Origin: a virus | Taxonomy: Duplodnaviria > Heunggongvirae > Uroviricota > Caudoviricetes | IMG/VR virus record: IMGVR_UViG_2778261088_000003 | Strand: one strand, 5' to 3' | Length of the DNA: 44,065 nt | Shown: positions 39,972 through 44,065 of the stretch, piece after piece | How positions within the stretch are numbered: the first letter of the stretch is position 1 | Layout of the letters: the number at the start of each line of letters is the position of its first letter | Notes under the pieces: generated by a model | The model's input: the letters and a program-made list of their open reading frames with translations, nothing else | Database searches by the model: none | Told to the model about the DNA's origin: nothing | Translations under genes and position numbers: made by a program

Positions 39972-41401
39972 GTAAAACAACACCTACTAAAGACAGTATT
40001 CGTGCAGAGTTTGAAGAGCTTGTCGAGAAAGATTCATTCTGGTCGAAGTTTGTCGGCTCTCAATTTGTCTCGATGCTGACATTGTTTATTACCCAGATTG
40101 TCTACAGGTGCTTTCAGTATGCCGATGCGGCGCTGGCTGAAGGCTTTATATCGACCGCGACGCGGCGTTCTTCTATCCTGGCAGCGGCAGAAACGAATAG
40201 TTACGTTGGTACCAAGCCAACACCGTCATCGGGGATGATTGAGATCACCGCCACAAGTGAAGATGCCCCAGCGGTAATCCCCAAAAACATGCCTTTAATA
40301 TCTGACGACCAGTATCCTTACATGACTATGGATGTATGCAGGTTGGTTGACGGCACCGGTACGGTAGAAGTGGCACAGTTGGAAATCCAGGAGGTGACAT
40401 ATACCGTTACGGCAGCCAAAGAATTTCTGGAAGTCGTGTTATCAAAGGCTCTCACTGCTGTCTGCTATAAGCTGGAAGTATTCGTGACGACCGATGGTAA
40501 GACCACGCAGTGGTCTTCCAGCACTATGTTCCGGTTAGCCGGTAGTAAAAGCCAGGTCTACGTTGAGTTTTATAAACCATCCGAGCAGTTGGGGGTTCGA
40601 TTCGGTGATGGGCTAATTGGGCAAATACCGCCAGAAGGCTCGACCATTACGCTTAAGGTATGGTGCACCAACGGCGATATAACCCTGGTTGCTGGCCAAA
40701 ACCTGACGCCTGTCGATTCTGCGGCTAATTTAGCTAATTTGATTTCAGTTAAGACAACGACACCTATAACCGCAGGTACCGATGCCGAAACAACGGAGAT
40801 CACACGTAACCGTGCACAATATTACCTTGCCTATGATGATCAGGTCGTATGGGGCGGGGACTATACGTATTTTCTGGTGCGTAACATCCCGGGACTGTCC
40901 TGGGTAAAGGCATGGGGCGAAGGCCAGCAAGAGAAATTAGATGGTGCTTATAATGTTCGGAATATCAATAAGATATTTATTTCAGGATGGCATCCAAACA
41001 AAAGCCAGTCAGAGCTTGAAGAAATGATCCTGGCTGCCTTTAAGAAGGTGCCGAATGAGTTGAACAAGAAATTCTCGTATAAAGAGGTCAGAAAACTCCC
41101 CTTTAAGATCACCATCACTGGGCGGATATCGGCAAGCCTGACCATTGAGAACGTGACTGATGAGCTGAAGTCGGCACTGGAAACAAAATTTGGGCGTGAC
41201 TCAACTTTCTTTGATCCGAACCGTGTCGGCAAGTACATCCTAATCAAGAAAAAAGACGTTTGGGCATTTATCGAAACGCTGGGTTATTTCCGCGACTTTT
41301 ATCTGGAATTTGTCGAGTGGAATGAGTCCAACGGCTTTTACGATTTCGTTTATCTGGATACAGAAAACTCCACCTTTAATATTTCGTATGAGGAGGAGTG
41401 A
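39968..41401 (+). CDS. baseplate protein (gpJ-like position)
   Basis: 477 aa, translationally coupled between the gp25-like gene and the next baseplate gene. Confidence 0.45.
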   Translation: MSKTTPTKDSIRAEFEELVEKDSFWSKFVGSQFVSMLTLFITQIVYRCFQYADAALAEGFISTATRRSSILAAAETNSYVGTKPTPSSGMIEITATSEDAPAVIPKNMPLISDDQYPYMTMDVCRLVDGTGTVEVAQLEIQEVTYTVTAAKEFLEVVLSKALTAVCYKLEVFVTTDGKTTQWSSSTMFRLAGSKSQVYVEFYKPSEQLGVRFGDGLIGQIPPEGSTITLKVWCTNGDITLVAGQNLTPVDSAANLANLISVKTTTPITAGTDAETTEITRNRAQYYLAYDDQVVWGGDYTYFLVRNIPGLSWVKAWGEGQQEKLDGAYNVRNINKIFISGWHPNKSQSELEEMILAAFKKVPNELNKKFSYKEVRKLPFKITITGRISASLTIENVTDELKSALETKFGRDSTFFDPNRVGKYILIKKKDVWAFIETLGYFRDFYLEFVEWNESNGFYDFVYLDTENSTFNISYEEE

Positions 41402-42237
41402 TGCAGCGTTCCTGGTTTAATAACCGGCTTACATCAGCTAAGCAAAAGTCATTACTTTATAAATCATTGGCTGATTTGGTTCAGTCAATGATGGACACCT
41501 TTGTTGACCCATGGTTGGAGCGAATTACCAACCGGAAGTCTATTTTCTCCATGAGCAAGGAGGATCTGGAGACTAGGACAAATGAACTTGGCCAGTTTTT
41601 TACTATCAGAACGTCGAATTCATCTTCCGTTCCGATGTTGTTACAACAGCGGTTTGATGAGATCCATTTTAAGGGTACTGAACGCCCTATAAACCAGACA
41701 ATTTATCGCGAATTTAACGGTATATCGGTTTTATGGGATCCCATATATGCTCCGGTGGACTTTGAACGTCATCCCTATGGCACGGTCCTGATTCCAGAAA
41801 GCACACTGGAAACCACCGGCGGCACATTCGGCGAGATGTTTCTGACTTCCAGAGGAATGATCAGTATTCCCATAAACGACCTGGCCCGGACAATGGGTAT
41901 TACTGGAACGATAGATCAGTCCGCAATTACAGAAGAAATTCTCAGAAAGTTTAATCAGTTCGTAAAGCCTCTACTGCCACTGCATATAGTGTTTGATGGG
42001 CTTACGCTCTATTTGTCGGTTGTTGTAAATGAACAGGCCGACATGATCACTTTGAATGAGATTTCTGATACCGAAAAAGCATTCTGCTGGTTTGAAACTT
42101 CGGATACAACTTCGCTTACTGAAGTTACGTCGATTAACGCCCCGATCACTGCAACGCCGGGCGGCACTATTGTGAAAGCAACGCCTACGTTTGATCGCAC
42201 CCGCGCAGATGATTTGCTGTTGGATAGCGATGCGTGA
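41401..42237 (+). CDS. baseplate/tail protein (279 aa)
   Basis: ATG 41401 after GAGGAGG, overlapping the upstream stop. Confidence 0.45.
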   Translation: MQRSWFNNRLTSAKQKSLLYKSLADLVQSMMDTFVDPWLERITNRKSIFSMSKEDLETRTNELGQFFTIRTSNSSSVPMLLQQRFDEIHFKGTERPINQTIYREFNGISVLWDPIYAPVDFERHPYGTVLIPESTLETTGGTFGEMFLTSRGMISIPINDLARTMGITGTIDQSAITEEILRKFNQFVKPLLPLHIVFDGLTLYLSVVVNEQADMITLNEISDTEKAFCWFETSDTTSLTEVTSINAPITATPGGTIVKATPTFDRTRADDLLLDSDA

Positions 42238-42315
42238 CAATCACCCCGTCCGCAGGGCGGGGTGACAAGTTACTTATCTTACAATGAGGCTTCACAACAT
42301 TGATTAGGGAAAATC

Positions 42316-42750
42316 ATGTCTGACGTCTCAACAAACCTCTATAAGAGTCAGTTGTTGGACTATTACTATCAGCGGCGCGCTGAATCGTCCATTAACAAAG
42401 GCTCTCGATTTTTAATCAGCAAGGCCGTTTTCGGTACCAGTTCACTGGTTACTAAGAAAGGAGATGGCACTTATGAGATTGGAGAACTGCCAAAGGCTTT
42501 CGATCTGGCAGAACTGACCAGTCAATTTTGCACCATCAACCTCGTCCCAACCTACTCAGGCGGGATAATTACTGTCCGAATGGACCTTGATCAAAGTCAG
42601 TTGCAGGAAGGGAAAAACTACCCATTCAACACTCTGGTTGTTCTGGATAACGAGAATAAGCCAATCGCCATTATTTGTGTCCAGGAAGACTCGCTGTATG
42701 TGGGCAAAACATATACCGCAGTTATGGCCATAAACTCGACTACAGCATAA
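42316..42750 (+). CDS. tail protein preceding the fibre gene (144 aa)
   Basis: ORF immediately upstream of the tail-fibre gene. Confidence 0.45.
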   Translation: MSDVSTNLYKSQLLDYYYQRRAESSINKGSRFLISKAVFGTSSLVTKKGDGTYEIGELPKAFDLAELTSQFCTINLVPTYSGGIITVRMDLDQSQLQEGKNYPFNTLVVLDNENKPIAIICVQEDSLYVGKTYTAVMAINSTTA

Positions 42751-42761
42751 GGATATGCTTG

Positions 42762-44065
42762 ATGAATGACGTTACAGTTGTTACATCGGTTACTTACCCA
42801 TCACCCGAGTCGTTGGCTCTGGTGGCTGATGTGCAATACCACGAACCATATCTGTCAGCCGCTCTAAACCGAAAATTCAGGGGAATTGTTGACCCGGGAT
42901 TTTATGCTGGTTTCTTGCCTAAGCCTGGCGGTGGGATGAACCTGTTAATCACCTCAGTGGATGGAGATAAAACCGCTGGCGCGGCGTCAGTGGATATTGG
43001 TGAATTCTACCAGGTAACTATTCAGCATCGTAAGGATATCTCTCTTGCACTTAACGCAGGCAAGAAATATGCAATTGTGCTGAAGGGAAGATACCTTCTT
43101 GGAGAAGATACCTATCAGGTTAATACCGCGTCACATATTCATGCAGCTGAATTTGTTGCCAGAACCTATACCGATTCATATCAGTTAGGTGATGGGGAAC
43201 TGCTGGTTTGTACGGTGAATATCCCTGCTGGCGTATCTACCATTACTCAAGAGATGATTGATACATCCGAGCGTATCAACCGCACGATCGGCATTGATAT
43301 TTCAGACTCTGTAACCAGTACCAGAAGTGATGTTGCTGCGAGTTCGCTGGCAGTTAAAAAAGCCTACGATCTGGCGAAAAGCAAGTATACGGCGCAGGAT
43401 GCAACCACGACACAAAAAGGGATAGTTCAGCTCAGTAGCGACACCAACAGCACTTCTGAAACATTAGCTGCAACTCCAAAAGCGGTTAAAGCTGCATACG
43501 ATCTAGCAGCCGGAAAGGCACCATCCAGTCATACACATCCCTGGAATCAGATCACTGGTGTGCCAACAGCTTCATTGACAGCGAAAGGCATCACTCAGCT
43601 CAGTAGTGCCACTAACAGTACGTCCGAAGTGCTGGCCGCCACACCGAAAGCTGTCAAGGCTGCATACGACCTTGCAGCCGGCAAGGCACCCGTCAGCCAC
43701 ACTCACCCGTGGAGTCAGATAACGGGAGTGCCTGCTGCCTCGCTGACGGCAAAAGGCACCGTACAACTGAGCAGTGCCACGGACAGTCAATCAGAAACTG
43801 AGGCTGCCACGCCGAAGGCTGTGAAAATCGCGTATGATCTGGCCCGGGGAAAATACACAGCCCAGGATGCAACAACGACCCGTAAAGGGATCGTACAACT
43901 GAGCAGTGCCACCAACAGCACCTCTGAAACGCTGGCCGCCACACCAAAAGCCGTCAAGGCTGCATACGACCTTGCAGCCGGCAAGGCACCCGTCAGCCAC
44001 ACTCACCCGTGGAGTCAGATAACGGGAGTGCCTGCTGCCTCGCTGACGGCAAAAGGCACCGTACA
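42762..44065 (+). CDS. tail fibre protein, 5' part (runs off the window end)
   Basis: ATG 42762 with AAGGA; open frame to the window end, so absent from the ORF track. Contains repeated SATNSTSETLAATPKAVKAAYDLA units also present in P2 gpH as I recall it. Confidence 0.85.
   Translation, partial: MNDVTVVTSVTYPSPESLALVADVQYHEPYLSAALNRKFRGIVDPGFYAGFLPKPGGGMNLLITSVDGDKTAGAASVDIGEFYQVTIQHRKDISLALNAGKKYAIVLKGRYLLGEDTYQVNTASHIHAAEFVARTYTDSYQLGDGELLVCTVNIPAGVSTITQEMIDTSERINRTIGIDISDSVTSTRSDVAASSLAVKKAYDLAKSKYTAQDATTTQKGIVQLSSDTNSTSETLAATPKAVKAAYDLAAGKAPSSHTHPWNQITGVPTASLTAKGITQLSSATNSTSEVLAATPKAVKAAYDLAAGKAPVSHTHPWSQITGVPAASLTAKGTVQLSSATDSQSETEAATPKAVKIAYDLARGKYTAQDATTTRKGIVQLSSATNSTSETLAATPKAVKAAYDLAAGKAPVSHTHPWSQITGVPAASLTAKGTV
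43380..44065 (+). repeat. intragenic tandem tail-fibre repeats
   Basis: Units of about 150 bp; 43653-43765 and 43953-44065 are identical over at least 113 bp. Confidence 0.8.

Noticed and set aside
43572-44006. Minus-strand ORFs of 71-84 aa
   Set aside because: Antisense to the tail-fibre gene within its tandem repeats; repeat-derived artefacts.

Overview
The window reads as a contiguous backbone segment of a P1-family temperate phage-plasmid of an enterobacterial host. All calls are made from the sequence and ORF track alone; no database search was run, and P1 gene names are from my recollection of the P1 map. Note that the ORF track counts GTG/TTG as starts, so several starts were re-placed at an in-frame ATG with a Shine-Dalgarno. 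From left to right: a minus-strand operon with a lambda-type Ser/Thr phosphatase, two paralogous Rossmann-like proteins, a VRR-NUC nuclease and a zinc-ribbon protein (26-3286); a plus-strand tail/baseplate block ending in a gp5/gpV-like spike (3433-8184); a minus-strand operon of DnaB-like helicase, a small ORF and a GT4 glycosyltransferase; tRNA-Ile2, a TerB-like gene with two small hydrophobic ORFs; about 1.5 kb of non-coding DNA holding tRNA-Thr, tRNA-Asn, repeated hairpins and a candidate small RNA; a repressor-controlled uhr/RdgC/bifunctional methyltransferase operon; a PAAR-like gene and an overlapped spanin-like pair; a P1-type plasmid replicon (DnaA boxes, GATC cluster, 5 incC iterons, repA, 9 incA iterons, parA, parB); candidate capsid, sheath and tube genes; a hok/mok type I toxin locus; the lytic replicon kilA-repL and the immI region c4-icd-ant, each behind a C1-type operator; two secreted sim-like proteins; then the Sit tape-measure transglycosylase, baseplate genes and the 5' part of a P2 H-like tail fibre. 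The most interesting observations are a near-identical ~20-residue motif shared between the secreted sim-like protein and Sit, an operator-overlapped promoter with a terminator ~165 nt downstream (candidate repressor-controlled small RNA), and paralogous hairpins with a conserved core but different stems.
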